Counted from the first letter of the stretch, positions 43,881 to 57,038 are shown. The stretch: 64,000 bases of DNA from an uncultured Gammaproteobacteria bacterium (GCA_951812785.1 OX638335.1:1291902-1355901), one strand, 5' to 3'. Translations and numbers: made by a program. The notes: a model not told the origin generated them from the letters alone.

Positions 43881-44758
43881 TTCTCTAGCGCTGCAATCCG
43901 TTGTGCTAGCGGCGGATGCGACATTAGTAACTTCTGCAAACCTCCTTTAACTCCACCTGATATTCCAAATGCCGCCAATTCGCCAGGTAAACTTTCAGGC
44001 TCATGCGCAGATTGTAATCGTCGCAATGCTGCAATCATATTTTGTTTACCAGCAAGTTCAGCGCCACTTATGTCAGCACGATATTCTCTTCGGCGCGAAA
44101 ACCATTTAGCAATAATGGCCGCCAAAATACCTAGCACCACTTCAGCAACAATACTTCCTATCCAATAGCCTGGACCTATGCCGCGTTCAATTTTAAATAC
44201 AGCACGGTCTATTAACATACCGATAATACGAGAAAACAAAATTACAAAGGTATTCAGCACTCCTTGTAACAGACCCATGGTAACCATGTCACCATTTGCC
44301 ACATGACTCACTTCGTGACCTAATACAGCTTCTACTTCGTTTTTAGACATGGATTGCAGTAGACCTGTGCTGACAGCTACTAAGGCAGCGTTTTTATTCA
44401 TGCCTGTGGCAAATGCGTTCGGTTGTGGTGATTGAAATACCCCGACTTCCGGCATTCCGATACCCGCCTGCTCAGCTTGTTTGCGAACCGTTTCTACTAA
44501 CCATCGCTCGCTATCGTTTTGCGGTGATTCAATTACTTGCACTTTCATGCTTCGCTTAGCCATCCATTTAGATATCGCTAAGGAAATAAACGAGCCACCG
44601 AAGCCCATCACTAAGGCCATAATCAGTAAGCCGTTGACTTGGCCTGCCATACCCTGTTGCGCTAACCATGCATCAAGCCCAAGCACGCGAGAAGAAATAC
44701 TCAGGACGGCTAATACACCAAAGTTCGCTGCTAAAAATAATCCGATACGTGAAAACAT
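43874..44758 (-). CDS. htpX: heat-shock zinc metalloprotease HtpX
   Basis: 294 aa with two N-terminal TM segments and the motif HEVSHVANGD (HExxH). The C-terminus reads ...MSHPPLAQRIAALEKL. Confidence 0.93.
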   Translation of the reverse strand: MFSRIGLFLAANFGVLAVLSISSRVLGLDAWLAQQGMAGQVNGLLIMALVMGFGGSFISLAISKWMAKRSMKVQVIESPQNDSERWLVETVRKQAEQAGIGMPEVGVFQSPQPNAFATGMNKNAALVAVSTGLLQSMSKNEVEAVLGHEVSHVANGDMVTMGLLQGVLNTFVILFSRIIGMLIDRAVFKIERGIGPGYWIGSIVAEVVLGILAAIIAKWFSRRREYRADISGAELAGKQNMIAALRRLQSAHEPESLPGELAAFGISGGVKGGLQKLLMSHPPLAQRIAALEKL

Positions 44759-44855
44759 GACTACCTCTTACTGAATAACCGGTTCAAGTTCTAATACTAG
44801 CAAATATAAGCATAGTGGCAATTTATGACAAATCAATCTTAAATAGTTCACTCAA

Positions 44856-47117
44856 TCAGTCAGAGGCAAAATCAACAACCAAGCGATCGACGACTCGATA
44901 ACCTCGAGGCAACTTAAGCCCACGTCTACCACGTTCTCCCGCATACCCGTCAACTTCACCACCTTTCATGGTTTTATGCTTCTTGCCGCAATATAGTGTG
45001 AGTGCTTCACCATCCTGTATAAGACAGACATGATGCACTTTTTCTTCGCCCGCCTTAAGTTTTGCACTTGGTATATTGATGAATTTAATGCCTTTGCCTT
45101 TGGACATTAATGGAAATTCAGAAAGCTCGGTTACTAACATATAACCTTCCAAACCCACAGCAACAATCCAATCTTCTTCATGAGAACGCACCAATACTGG
45201 AGGTAACACTTTTGCACCCAGCGGCACATTCAAAATGCGTTTACCCGCCTTATTACGCGAATATAGATCTTCTAACTTACACACAAACCCATAGCCAAAG
45301 TCTGTTGCAAGAAAATATAGACTATCAGGGTCTCCAGTCATGACACCAACAAAACTCGCACCATCAGCAGGATTGAAACGCGCCGCTAACGATTCACCTT
45401 GTCCGCGCGCCGAGGGCAAACTATGTGCAGGGAGAGTATAGGCCTTACCTTGCGAATCTAAAAATACAGCCATTTGATTACTCTTACCAAAGGCATGTGA
45501 TTGATATTGGTCACCTGCTTTGTAATTCATTTCAACGGGGTCAACCTCATGCCCTTTGGCAGCTCTTACCCATCCTCGCTGCGACAAGATTACTGTCGTT
45601 AATTCAGCAGGCATTAATTGCGTTTCATCTAACTGATGAGCAGCGGCTCGACTTACCATGGCAGATCTTCTTTCGTCACCATAAGTTTCTGCATCTTCAA
45701 GTAACTCAGTACGAATTAGCTTTTTGAGTCGTGCTTTTGAACCAAGCGTTTTTTCTAACGTCTCTCTCTCTTCATTTAATTCTTTTGTTTCTGCTTTAAT
45801 TTTGATTTCTTCAAGTTTAGCTAGGCGTCTTAACTTGATTTCTAAAATAGATTCAGCCTGAATATCACTTAGCTTAAAGCGCTTCATCATCACTAGCTTG
45901 GGCTCATCTTCCTCACGTATAATGGCAATAATTTCATCAATATTGAGATAGGCAATCAGTAAACCTTCTAAGATATGCAAACGCTCATTAACCCGATCTA
46001 AGCACCACTGCAATCGACGCGTAACGGTGTGCGTTCTGAACTTCAACCACTCTTGCAACAACGTACGCAAATCTTTAACTTGTGGACGACCATTTATACC
46101 AATGACATTCATGTTCACTCGATAAGTGCGCTCCAGGTCTGTAGTAGTAAATAAATGCAACATCAATGCTTCCACGTTGATGCGATTACTCCTGGGCACA
46201 ATCACTAACCGTACTGGATTTTCATGATCAGACTCATCACGCAAATCATCTACCATTGGCAGCTTCTTGGCGTTCATTTGCTGTGCAATTTGCTCCAACA
46301 CACGTGCACCTGATACCTGATAAGGCAAGGCGGTAATAATTATTCCGTCAATTTCCTGATCGTACACAGCACGCATACGCACTTGACCATTACCCGTTTG
46401 GTAAATGTTTTGAATTTCATCTGGGTTAGAAATTATTTCTGCATCAGTGGGATAGTCTGGACCAAGCACATGCTCACACAATTCACTGGTCGTCGCTTTT
46501 GGCTCATCCAATAAGCGAATGCAAGCAGACACTACTTCCCGAATATTATGCGGAGGAATATCCGTAGACATACCCACGGCAATCCCCATCCCACCATTAA
46601 GCAATATATTTGGCAAGCGCGCAGGCAATACCACTGGCTCTTGTAAGGTACCGTCAAAATTTGGCGTCCAGCCAACCGTACCTTGACCTAATTCTTGCAA
46701 CAAAGATTTTGCGTAAGGCGTTAATCGAGATTCAGTGTATCTCATTGCCGCAAAAGATTTAGGGTCGTCAGTTGAGCCCCAGTTACCTTGACCCTGCACC
46801 AATGGATAACGATAAGAGAATGGCTGAGCCATTAATACCATAGCCTCGTAGCAGGCCGAATCACCATGAGGATGGAATTTACCAATCACGTCACCCACTG
46901 TACGTGCTGACTTCTTAGGTTTTGAAGCAGCCGACAAACCTAACTCAGACATGGCGTAAACAATTCTGCGCTGTACAGGTTTCAAGCCATCACCAATTTG
47001 CGGCAAAGCACGATCAAGAATCACATACATCGAATAATCGAGGTAGGCTTTCTCTGAGAAAGTATGTAGCGGTACACGTTCTACATCGCCGTAATCAAAT
47101 TCAAAGTTATCACTCAT
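44856..47117 (-). CDS. parC: DNA topoisomerase IV subunit A
   Basis: 753 aa GyrA/ParC-family protein reading ...[12 protein letters not shown]...GLKPVQRRI.... Its size and its pairing with the 628-aa ParE-length B subunit point to ParC rather than GyrA. Confidence 0.88.
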   Translation of the reverse strand: MSDNFEFDYGDVERVPLHTFSEKAYLDYSMYVILDRALPQIGDGLKPVQRRIVYAMSELGLSAASKPKKSARTVGDVIGKFHPHGDSACYEAMVLMAQPFSYRYPLVQGQGNWGSTDDPKSFAAMRYTESRLTPYAKSLLQELGQGTVGWTPNFDGTLQEPVVLPARLPNILLNGGMGIAVGMSTDIPPHNIREVVSACIRLLDEPKATTSELCEHVLGPDYPTDAEIISNPDEIQNIYQTGNGQVRMRAVYDQEIDGIIITALPYQVSGARVLEQIAQQMNAKKLPMVDDLRDESDHENPVRLVIVPRSNRINVEALMLHLFTTTDLERTYRVNMNVIGINGRPQVKDLRTLLQEWLKFRTHTVTRRLQWCLDRVNERLHILEGLLIAYLNIDEIIAIIREEDEPKLVMMKRFKLSDIQAESILEIKLRRLAKLEEIKIKAETKELNEERETLEKTLGSKARLKKLIRTELLEDAETYGDERRSAMVSRAAAHQLDETQLMPAELTTVILSQRGWVRAAKGHEVDPVEMNYKAGDQYQSHAFGKSNQMAVFLDSQGKAYTLPAHSLPSARGQGESLAARFNPADGASFVGVMTGDPDSLYFLATDFGYGFVCKLEDLYSRNKAGKRILNVPLGAKVLPPVLVRSHEEDWIVAVGLEGYMLVTELSEFPLMSKGKGIKFINIPSAKLKAGEEKVHHVCLIQDGEALTLYCGKKHKTMKGGEVDGYAGERGRRGLKLPRGYRVVDRLVVDFASD

Positions 47118-47141
47118 GACTAATCCAAGATTACCTAAATA

Positions 47142-49031
<1,890 letters not shown>

Positions 49032-49128
49032 TTAAAATCAAAAGGAAATATTCGTTAGAGCAATAGCACTTAAAGAAAATGCATTCTATATGAAACAGGC
49101 ACGCAGTAAAAAAAATTCTTATTAAATT

Positions 49129-52100
49129 ATGGCTAGTTTAGATACTTCGACTCATCCTCAGCACAATGCCAATGTATTTGCTTCGGCTGGCTCCGGGAAA
49201 ACATGGCTACTTATCACACGAATCTGTCGGTTATTACTCGCAGGGGCAGAACCTCAGCACATCTTGGCCATTACATTCACCCGTAAAAGTGCTGCAGAAA
49301 TGCGTGCTCGTTTGTTTGACAAGCTCGAAGCTTGGTCAATTATCAGCGATTCAGAACTGGGTGATGAATTATCAGCAATCAAAGAGCCTACAGATGAAGT
49401 CACCATTAAAAAAGCTAGAGGCTTATATGAAAAACTTCTATTTTCCGATCAAGCCATTCGCATTAGTACTTTCCATGCATTTTGTGAAGAAATTATTCGC
49501 GCATTTCCTCTAGAGAGTGAACTGCCCACTACTTTTGAACTAACAGAACATTCCCACATTTATACCAACCAAGCGTGGCAACGTTTACTAACTACTAGCG
49601 AACAGTCTAGCAAAACTAAGTTGCGTGAAGCTTTGCATACCTTATTCAATTTTTGCTTTGGATTAAACGGCACCAAAACAGCTTTACTAAGCTTCTTAAA
49701 TGCACGTAGTGAATGGCGCGCATTTACCAAACAAGCAAAAGACGCAGCCTCCTTTGCTTACAGCGAGCTTATAACCCAAGTAGGTGATGCAGAAGATGAT
49801 GGTTATAAGGCATGGTTTGAAAGTGATGATTTTCTCACAACACTAAAACAATATTACCAACTGCTACGCATAAGCCCGGCCAAAACCTACCAAAACTGGG
49901 CTGATACGATTGAACCGGTACTATCTATTCAAGCCCATTACACCGATTCACATTTATTAGCTTTACAGTCAGTTTTTTTAACTAGTGACAATAAACTGCG
50001 CAAATTAACTATAAGCAAAGCTTGGCAAAAATTAATTAATCAGCAGCAATCTGAATTTCTACTTCAAACTCATCAACAGTTTGGATCAAAAATTTTAAAC
50101 TTAATTGACATGCGAATTCATGCGCATCTACTCAATGCTAATCAAGCCTGGTTTTATGCCGGAAGAGAATTGCTACAGCAATATCAGCATGTAAAGTTTG
50201 AACATGGTGTGATTGATTTTAACGATCTCGAATGGGAAACCTATCGATTATTACAGCAAGAAGATCACGCATTATGGGTGCAATACAAATTAGGTCAGCG
50301 AATTCGCCACTTCCTAATTGATGAGTTTCAGGATACCAACCACATTCAGTGGCATTTGTTAAAACCGTTAATCGAATCCTCACAAGATCAACACCAATCA
50401 TATAGTAGTAGTTTGTTTTTAGTCGGCGACATTAAGCAATCAATCTATCGATTCCGCGGGGCGAACCCAGAAATACAAACATTGGCATCCGATTGGTCTC
50501 AACAACACTTGAATAGCAAGCTACTCAACAATAATCATTCTTGGCGTTCATCTCCTGCGATAATAGATTGTGTTAACCAGTTATTTTCACACCCATCTAT
50601 TGGCGAACAATTTTGTTCATTCCAAGCCCACACTTATCAACATAATAACCACTGGGGATTTGTCAAAATTCACCCGCTAATTGAGATTAAAGGCAAACAA
50701 GATCAACAACAGTTCCGTCACCCACTAAACGCTGCTCGTGAAAATAGCGAGGAAACTGCGCATTACCGAGAAGGGGTTTTAATTGCACAAGAAATCATTC
50801 AATTAATAGAAGGCAATACTCCTATATATGATGGAGAACAAATACGACCTGCAAGATTTAGCGATGTTTTAATATTAACGCGCACCCGATCTCACCTAGA
50901 TGAACTTAAAGCAGGTTTAGTAAACACATCAATTCCGATACACGCTAGCGATGCAACCCGTCTATTAGACTATCTCGAAATAAAAGATATGCTTGCACTG
51001 CTTAGCATATTAATTGACTCTTATGATGATTTGGCTTTCACACACATGCTATCCAGCCCTATTTTTAATATCAATGAACATCATCTTATTGAGCTAAAAA
51101 ACATCAACACGAACACATGGAAGCAGAAATTAGACATCGTCACCTCCGAAGCAGACTCAACTCATCCGTTATATATAGTTAAAACCAAACTACACGAGTG
51201 GAGCAGGCTTACTGACCGCATCCCGGTCCATGATTTACTTAATTACATTTTCTCCAGTTGGGATATCCTTAATCGATATCGCGCTGCGACAAGCAACTCA
51301 GAGTCTCAACATATTTGCGCACGACTCAATCAGTTTTTACAACAAAGTTTAGAAATAGAGAGTGGCCGATATTCGAGCACCTCTAGATTTTTACGAAAAA
51401 TTAAAGAAACCAATCCTGAAGCTCTATTTGTGAGTGACAACAAAAAAACTACCGCAGTTGAAATCATGACTGTACATGGGTCTAAAGGATTAGAATCTCC
51501 AATAGTCTTTATTGCGGATAGTGGCCCAAGTACAGAACCACCTGAACAGTTCAGCGCTATCACTCAATGGCCTGCCGCCTCAGAATCTCCTACTGTTTTC
51601 ATGCTTGGTTGCAAAAAGAGTTCTATGAGTAACTCTGTTCAGCTAGTCAAAGATAAAACCAATCACTCTAGCAATGAAAACCTGAATTTGCTCTATGTAG
51701 CATTAACTCGCGCTAAACAGATACTCATCATGACTGGCGTACAAGCAAAAAGAAGCACGCAAGATGGATGGCATGTTCAATGTAGCACCGCTTTAAACAT
51801 TGAAAATGAAGGCGATGAAATTTGGTTACATGAACATCTGTCAAAACCATCACTAAAGGAAATCAAATCAACCGCCTCTTCAAAAGCTGAGATAGCAGAT
51901 GATTATTCTAGCCTATTCGAACCCATTAGCACTTCGGCCACAAGCGCTAGTCTCACTGAGCAAACAAGCACTGAAGCATTAGAAGGAACACTTATTCATA
52001 AGTTACTTGAGGTATTATCTCAGTCACCAAATATTAACGACCATGCACTATTAAACAGAGTCAATTTAGAAACCAATACCAGCATCACCGTTGAGCAACT

Positions 52101-52452
52101 TAAACCTCTCAAGAAAGAAGCGGTCAATTGCTTAAACAACACAGCTCTTGAAAATATTTTCAAACCAACCGAGAACAGACAGATATATCACGAAGTAACA
52201 GTAGCCAGTACTTCAGGCAAGCATCAGATCAATATTATCGACCAAATGATAGTGAGTGAGGATTGCGTTTGGATTATAGACTTTAAAACCCAAGCGGATA
52301 TTTCAGGGAATACTGCAGAAAATGAGGCGATTAAATTTAAATCACAACTAAAACGATACGCTGATGCAGTACGGCCACTTTATCCAACACTGCTAATAAG
52401 ATGCTCAGTAGTGTTCACAAAAATTGGATTGCTTATTGATGTGCCCATATAA
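49129..52452 (+). CDS. AddA-type helicase-nuclease: UvrD/Rep superfamily-1 helicase with a C-terminal RecB-like PD-(D/E)xK nuclease
   Basis: 1107 aa with Walker A ASAGSGKTW, motif II LIDEFQDTN and motif V/VI MTVHGSKGLE. The C-terminal nuclease motifs are GTLIHKLLE and VWIIDFKT. No addB-like gene is adjacent. Confidence 0.75.
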   Translation: MASLDTSTHPQHNANVFASAGSGKTWLLITRICRLLLAGAEPQHILAITFTRKSAAEMRARLFDKLEAWSIISDSELGDELSAIKEPTDEVTIKKARGLYEKLLFSDQAIRISTFHAFCEEIIRAFPLESELPTTFELTEHSHIYTNQAWQRLLTTSEQSSKTKLREALHTLFNFCFGLNGTKTALLSFLNARSEWRAFTKQAKDAASFAYSELITQVGDAEDDGYKAWFESDDFLTTLKQYYQLLRISPAKTYQNWADTIEPVLSIQAHYTDSHLLALQSVFLTSDNKLRKLTISKAWQKLINQQQSEFLLQTHQQFGSKILNLIDMRIHAHLLNANQAWFYAGRELLQQYQHVKFEHGVIDFNDLEWETYRLLQQEDHALWVQYKLGQRIRHFLIDEFQDTNHIQWHLLKPLIESSQDQHQSYSSSLFLVGDIKQSIYRFRGANPEIQTLASDWSQQHLNSKLLNNNHSWRSSPAIIDCVNQLFSHPSIGEQFCSFQAHTYQHNNHWGFVKIHPLIEIKGKQDQQQFRHPLNAARENSEETAHYREGVLIAQEIIQLIEGNTPIYDGEQIRPARFSDVLILTRTRSHLDELKAGLVNTSIPIHASDATRLLDYLEIKDMLALLSILIDSYDDLAFTHMLSSPIFNINEHHLIELKNINTNTWKQKLDIVTSEADSTHPLYIVKTKLHEWSRLTDRIPVHDLLNYIFSSWDILNRYRAATSNSESQHICARLNQFLQQSLEIESGRYSSTSRFLRKIKETNPEALFVSDNKKTTAVEIMTVHGSKGLESPIVFIADSGPSTEPPEQFSAITQWPAASESPTVFMLGCKKSSMSNSVQLVKDKTNHSSNENLNLLYVALTRAKQILIMTGVQAKRSTQDGWHVQCSTALNIENEGDEIWLHEHLSKPSLKEIKSTASSKAEIADDYSSLFEPISTSATSASLTEQTSTEALEGTLIHKLLEVLSQSPNINDHALLNRVNLETNTSITVEQLKPLKKEAVNCLNNTALENIFKPTENRQIYHEVTVASTSGKHQINIIDQMIVSEDCVWIIDFKTQADISGNTAENEAIKFKSQLKRYADAVRPLYPTLLIRCSVVFTKIGLLIDVPI

Positions 52453-52477
52453 AGACACATCAATAAGTTAAAACCAA

Positions 52478-53206
52478 TTACTTGTTAGACATATTATCTA
52501 AACGTCGAGCTAATTGCTTAACTGGCGAATAACCCGGCATTAACACACCATCTGCGGTTAAAATTGCCGGCGTACCGGTCACACCGATTTTCTGCCCAAG
52601 CTCAAAATGATCAGCCACTGGGTTTTCACAGCTCTCTGCTAGCAGCTCCTCACCATTTTTAGCTTTAGTTAAAGCTTCTGCACGATCCTTACTACACCAA
52701 ACAGATACCGCTTTAGAATAACTAGGTGATGTAACTCCATTACGTGGAAACAATAGATAGTTAACTTTAATACCATAGCTTGCATACTGATCCATCTCAC
52801 TATGCAATTTTCGGCAGTAACCACAGTCAATATCAGTGAACACAGTAATCGTGTGACGAGGCTTTTCCGCGCCAAAAGAAATAGATTTCTGCTCATTCAC
52901 TTGTGTCATATATTTTTTCCGCGCGCGGCTTGAAGCAACTTCAGTGATATCACGTTTGCCATCCTCCAAATCCATCACTATACCTTGGATAAGGTATCTT
53001 GCATCCTCAGTGACATAAATAACTTGTGTGCCATAAACAGCTTCATAAAGACCCTCTACAGGTGATTTAGAAATACTATCTGGAGTATGACCAGGGAAAG
53101 AATCGACCAGCTTTGCCTTTATCGCTTCTTCCTGTTTAGTAGAATCAGCATGAGAAGAAAATGAAATAACAACCAATATGATGAGTACAGATAACCATCT
53201 GAACAT
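52478..53206 (-). CDS. dsbC: thiol:disulfide interchange protein DsbC
   Basis: 242 aa with a signal peptide, a dimerisation domain and a thioredoxin fold with CGYC. Confidence 0.85.
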   Translation of the reverse strand: MFRWLSVLIILVVISFSSHADSTKQEEAIKAKLVDSFPGHTPDSISKSPVEGLYEAVYGTQVIYVTEDARYLIQGIVMDLEDGKRDITEVASSRARKKYMTQVNEQKSISFGAEKPRHTITVFTDIDCGYCRKLHSEMDQYASYGIKVNYLLFPRNGVTSPSYSKAVSVWCSKDRAEALTKAKNGEELLAESCENPVADHFELGQKIGVTGTPAILTADGVLMPGYSPVKQLARRLDNMSNK

Positions 53207-53298
53207 GATGTTTCCTTGTATAAAATAGGTGAATTTAGCAATGAAATGTGGTGGATTAAATCGTTAGACCGGGAAAATCCTAAAGTTATCCCAAAAGA

Positions 53299-54222
53299 TC
53301 AACCGCGAGGGTGATGCTCCCGGTGTAACTCCTGTAATCGCGCCTGAGCAATATGTGTGTAGACCTGTGTTGTGGATAAATCACTATGCCCTAATAACAT
53401 CTGTACTACTCTCAAATCAGCCCCATGATTTAATAAATGAGTTGCAAAAGCATGTCTAAGCGTATGAGGGCTCAAGTGTTTCTCGATTCCAACTGCGCGC
53501 GCATGTCTTTTAATCACATGCCAAAATGCTTGCCGCGTCATCCCTAAGCCGCGATTTGAGATAAATAATACACTGCAGTCATGGCATTTTTTTAACAAAC
53601 TTGGCCTAGCATCAGAAAAATACTTATCCAACCATTCTTCTGCCTGCTCACCAAAAGGGACTAAACGCTCTTTGTTCCCTTTACCAACCACTCTTAATAC
53701 GCCTGTTCGCATATTAACTTGATGCAGTTGCAAATTAATCAACTCAGAAACACGCAAGCCACATGCATATAACACTTCCAACATAGTGCGATCACGGACA
53801 CCTTGAGGCTTAGTAATATCTGGCGCAGCTAGTAGCATTTCCACATCATCTTCCGTTAGCACTGCAGGCAGATATCGACCTAATTTAGGAAATTCAATTT
53901 TCTCAGTAGGGTCTGTAGCAACATTACCTTGACTTAGCTGGTAGCGATAGAAGCGACGAATACTCGACAGTAAACGCGCACCCGATCTAGGCTGCATGCC
54001 TTCAGCTCCACGATAAACCAGATGATCCAGCAAGTGCTCATGTTTAACGTCAGATATCGACACTTGGAAACTCGACAACCAGCGCAACAAATTAAAAAGG
54101 TCGTTTCTATATGCACTCAATGTATTTTCACTGAGACCATATTCCATCCAGATGTTGTCTAAGAACATTTCAACAACATTACTGTCTTGATCCATTAACT
54201 TATTTGCCTCATTAGTCGCCAT
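53299..54222 (-). CDS. xerD: site-specific tyrosine recombinase XerD
   Basis: 307 aa with the catalytic RHAFATHLL...LLGHSDLSTTQVYTHI motifs. The xerD-dsbC adjacency matches E. coli. Confidence 0.88.
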   Translation of the reverse strand: MATNEANKLMDQDSNVVEMFLDNIWMEYGLSENTLSAYRNDLFNLLRWLSSFQVSISDVKHEHLLDHLVYRGAEGMQPRSGARLLSSIRRFYRYQLSQGNVATDPTEKIEFPKLGRYLPAVLTEDDVEMLLAAPDITKPQGVRDRTMLEVLYACGLRVSELINLQLHQVNMRTGVLRVVGKGNKERLVPFGEQAEEWLDKYFSDARPSLLKKCHDCSVLFISNRGLGMTRQAFWHVIKRHARAVGIEKHLSPHTLRHAFATHLLNHGADLRVVQMLLGHSDLSTTQVYTHIAQARLQELHREHHPRG

Positions 54223-54474
54223 AAGGATTATTCAACTATTTTTTATACTTGATAGACAACTGCTCGATACAACAGGAAGAGGAAATAGACAAAATACTTG
54301 ACTTATTTTAACAAAATTAAAAACGCTGTTATGGATCATATACACTTTTAATTGGTAAACCTGTTGTATAGTGTAAATGCTTTTCAGGCAATTATCATCT
54401 TTTTGTTGACTCACATTCGTTTTACTAAGTTTGCACAAGATAAACAAACATTAATCGTAACCACCTCATCTAAA

Positions 54475-54903
54475 ATGGAAAACAATAATTTTATACGTCC
54501 AGTAAGTTTACTGCGCAGAATTACCATCATGTTTTATGATTCAATTTTACTAGTCGCTTTATTATTTTTTGCATCATTGCCTGTTGCTGTTCCTTTAGAA
54601 ATGACAATGGAGCACCCTTACTACCCTCTATATATTCTTTACATACATTTAGTCGCGTTTTTGTTTTTTAGTTGGTGCTGGACGCGAGGCGGGCAGACTT
54701 TAGGCTCAAAAACATGGAAGATAAAAGTAGTAACAGACTCAGGGAATAACGTTACCTGGAAACATGCTTTTTTGCGCTATATAGGCTCACTTCTTTGTTG
54801 GCTTAGTTTAGGCATAGGCTTTTTATGGTGCTACACCAATAAGGAAAGGCGCGCATGGAATGACATTATTTCCAAGACACGGTTAAGTATGGTCAGCGAG
54901 TAA
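54475..54903 (+). CDS. RDD-family membrane protein
   Basis: About 142 aa from the Met at 54475 (MENNNFIRPVSLLRRI...), which is downstream of the ORF-track start. It has three TM segments and RDD-like residues. Confidence 0.6.
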   Translation: MENNNFIRPVSLLRRITIMFYDSILLVALLFFASLPVAVPLEMTMEHPYYPLYILYIHLVAFLFFSWCWTRGGQTLGSKTWKIKVVTDSGNNVTWKHAFLRYIGSLLCWLSLGIGFLWCYTNKERRAWNDIISKTRLSMVSE

Positions 54904-55951
54904 ATCTAAAAGTAAATATCGAACATACTAAAATAATGGTGACTGGCAAAAATGCTACCAATAGTGGAGAAAGTTGATAAACCACTGCACCATTCGCAAT
55001 CGACTCAACCACCAGGTGCACAAGCAACGCAATCACAATTCCTATCAATAAACGCTGACCAGCGCCGCCTAGTTGACGTGGTCGAAATACTAACGGCAAC
55101 GCCAGTAACAACATCGCTAAGCCCACAAAAGGCACTGCAATTCTTTTAAATAGGGCCACTTGATACTCGCGCGCATCCAAATGATTATCTTCTAGGTAGA
55201 AAATATACTCATATAAACGTTGCACCGACATCTTGAAAGGGTCTGAAGACACAGATTGTAAAAAACTACTTAAAAATAGCTTTGGCGCAGGATAGATTTC
55301 AGCATTTTCGGTAGCGACTTTATTTTCGCTAAATTGCGAACTTCGATAATCATTCAAACGCCATGACCCTTGCTTACGTATAGCTGACCCTGCTTCACTA
55401 ATAGATGCAATTTCGCCATTTTGGTCAAAACTATAGATTGCTACATCATTCAACAAATCTTGTGATATCGCACGCCCGACTCTTATGAATTGATCATGGT
55501 CTCGTACCCAATAACTTTCATCTGATGCCAACAAGATATTCTCTTGTTCATCTTGCTGTATAGCCAAAGAAATCTTGTCACTGATAGGCACATATAATTC
55601 CACAACAACACTCAGAACAATGGTAATTAACAATCCTGAGATACAAGAAATTATTGCCACTCTAAATCGACTATAACCACTAGCACACACTGCAACCAGT
55701 TCAGAGCTGGAGGCAAATTGCCCTAAACTAAACAAAGTGCCAATTAGCATGCTACTTGGTAGAAACTCAAATAACTTATGAGGAATATCTAATAGCGTCA
55801 GTAACAATACATCAGAGAATTTATCCCCGCTTTTCATTCTTCCTGCTTGATAAAACAGGTCGCCCAACCAATCAATTACACATATTATTAGCAAAGCAAC
55901 AATAACACCGGCCAACACAGAACGAGCCAAATAAAAATCTAATATTTTCAT
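54893..55951 (-). CDS. lptG: LPS export ABC transporter permease LptG
   Basis: 352 aa YjgP/YjgQ-family permease. It is the second of two tandem paralogs lying divergent from pepA, as in E. coli. Confidence 0.85.
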   Translation of the reverse strand: MKILDFYLARSVLAGVIVALLIICVIDWLGDLFYQAGRMKSGDKFSDVLLLTLLDIPHKLFEFLPSSMLIGTLFSLGQFASSSELVAVCASGYSRFRVAIISCISGLLITIVLSVVVELYVPISDKISLAIQQDEQENILLASDESYWVRDHDQFIRVGRAISQDLLNDVAIYSFDQNGEIASISEAGSAIRKQGSWRLNDYRSSQFSENKVATENAEIYPAPKLFLSSFLQSVSSDPFKMSVQRLYEYIFYLEDNHLDAREYQVALFKRIAVPFVGLAMLLLALPLVFRPRQLGGAGQRLLIGIVIALLVHLVVESIANGAVVYQLSPLLVAFLPVTIILVCSIFTFRFTR

Positions 55952-55952
55952 G

Positions 55953-57038
55953 CTAATCCAAAGCTACCGCACGCCTTATCCACGGCAATAAAGAGCGGTG
56001 ATATGCCAGATAGGTAATAATTACAACGGTAAGATGAACGCATATTAAAGAAATAATGCCGTAGCTTTCACCGCGCTTAATCCAGCTACACGTCACTATC
56101 ACTAGGTTTAGATACAATACATAGATCAACACTGCAAAGGCTAAGCGTGAAAATCGGCTTGAGTTAGGCGCAATTTTACTCAGAGGAACCGCCAACAACA
56201 TTAATACTAGCGTTGAAAAAACAATTGAGCTTCGCTGAAAAATTTCAGCAAGATAGCTTGCATCGCGCAAACTAAATAAAGCCATTATATTTTGATATTT
56301 AGCTTTACCCGCTTCATGTGAAAAATCAGTGCGTGGAGGATAAACTCGATGTTCTTGGTATGTAGAGATAGCAAACTCTGACCGCCCAGGAATGCCTTCT
56401 ACTGTTTTACCGTCATACAAAACAAATACTTGATCTAAACCCTGACCTTTTTGCATTTGCGCACGTTCTGCTACTTCTACAATTAATTTACCTTGTTCTT
56501 TTCGTTGTAAAAAAACATTTTGTAAAGTGCCATCTCGTGCATCCTCAGACTCCGCATACACCACCCAGCCAGAACCTTCTAACTCAAAAAACTTTCCAGG
56601 CGACAACTGTCCAAGCACCATGCTTTGCTCGGTAACACTTTCGATCACCTCTGCCAATCGATGCGCCCAAGGTGAAACATAAGAAACCAACAAATATAAG
56701 ATCACCAACACAGGAATACCAATAGACATGACTGCCTTAATAAAATCTCCATTACTGGCGCCACCAGCCATTGCCGCATTAATCTCACTATCTTTATGCA
56801 TACGGCTTATCACTAAAATAATGCCAATAAATAAAGAAAACGGCAGCAGGATAACCAAATATCTAATCACGCCTAATAACATCACCACACCGAGCATATT
56901 CGCACTCAGGTCTCCATCCAATACATCATCTAACAGCTGAATAAATAGTTTTCCTAAAATAATCAGTAGTAATATTAAAGCAACGGATGCAATAGCCGCT
57001 ACAATATCACGAGCAATATATCGAGAAATTATTCGCAT
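55953..57038 (-). CDS. lptF: LPS export ABC transporter permease LptF
   Basis: 361 aa YjgP/YjgQ-family permease. It is the first of the pair, and its stop codon is 1 nt from the lptG start. Confidence 0.85.
   Translation of the reverse strand: MRIISRYIARDIVAAIASVALILLLIILGKLFIQLLDDVLDGDLSANMLGVVMLLGVIRYLVILLPFSLFIGIILVISRMHKDSEINAAMAGGASNGDFIKAVMSIGIPVLVILYLLVSYVSPWAHRLAEVIESVTEQSMVLGQLSPGKFFELEGSGWVVYAESEDARDGTLQNVFLQRKEQGKLIVEVAERAQMQKGQGLDQVFVLYDGKTVEGIPGRSEFAISTYQEHRVYPPRTDFSHEAGKAKYQNIMALFSLRDASYLAEIFQRSSIVFSTLVLMLLAVPLSKIAPNSSRFSRLAFAVLIYVLYLNLVIVTCSWIKRGESYGIISLICVHLTVVIITYLAYHRSLLPWIRRAVALD

Noticed and set aside
43900-44168. The long C-terminal extension of the FimX-like ORF, ...SSAAIRCASGGCDISNFCKPPLTPPDIP...
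   Set aside because: It lies antisense to the well-supported htpX gene, has no EAL homology and is compositionally odd. It is treated as a chance open antisense frame. The true stop, possibly reached through a further frameshift near 43875, could not be determined.
44759-44855. A search for a sigma-32 promoter upstream of htpX
   Set aside because: A CTTGAAC element sits too close to the start codon and has no CCCCAT-like -10 element. Only a weak sigma-70-like TTGCCA-16-TAGTAT was seen, and it is not reported as a feature.
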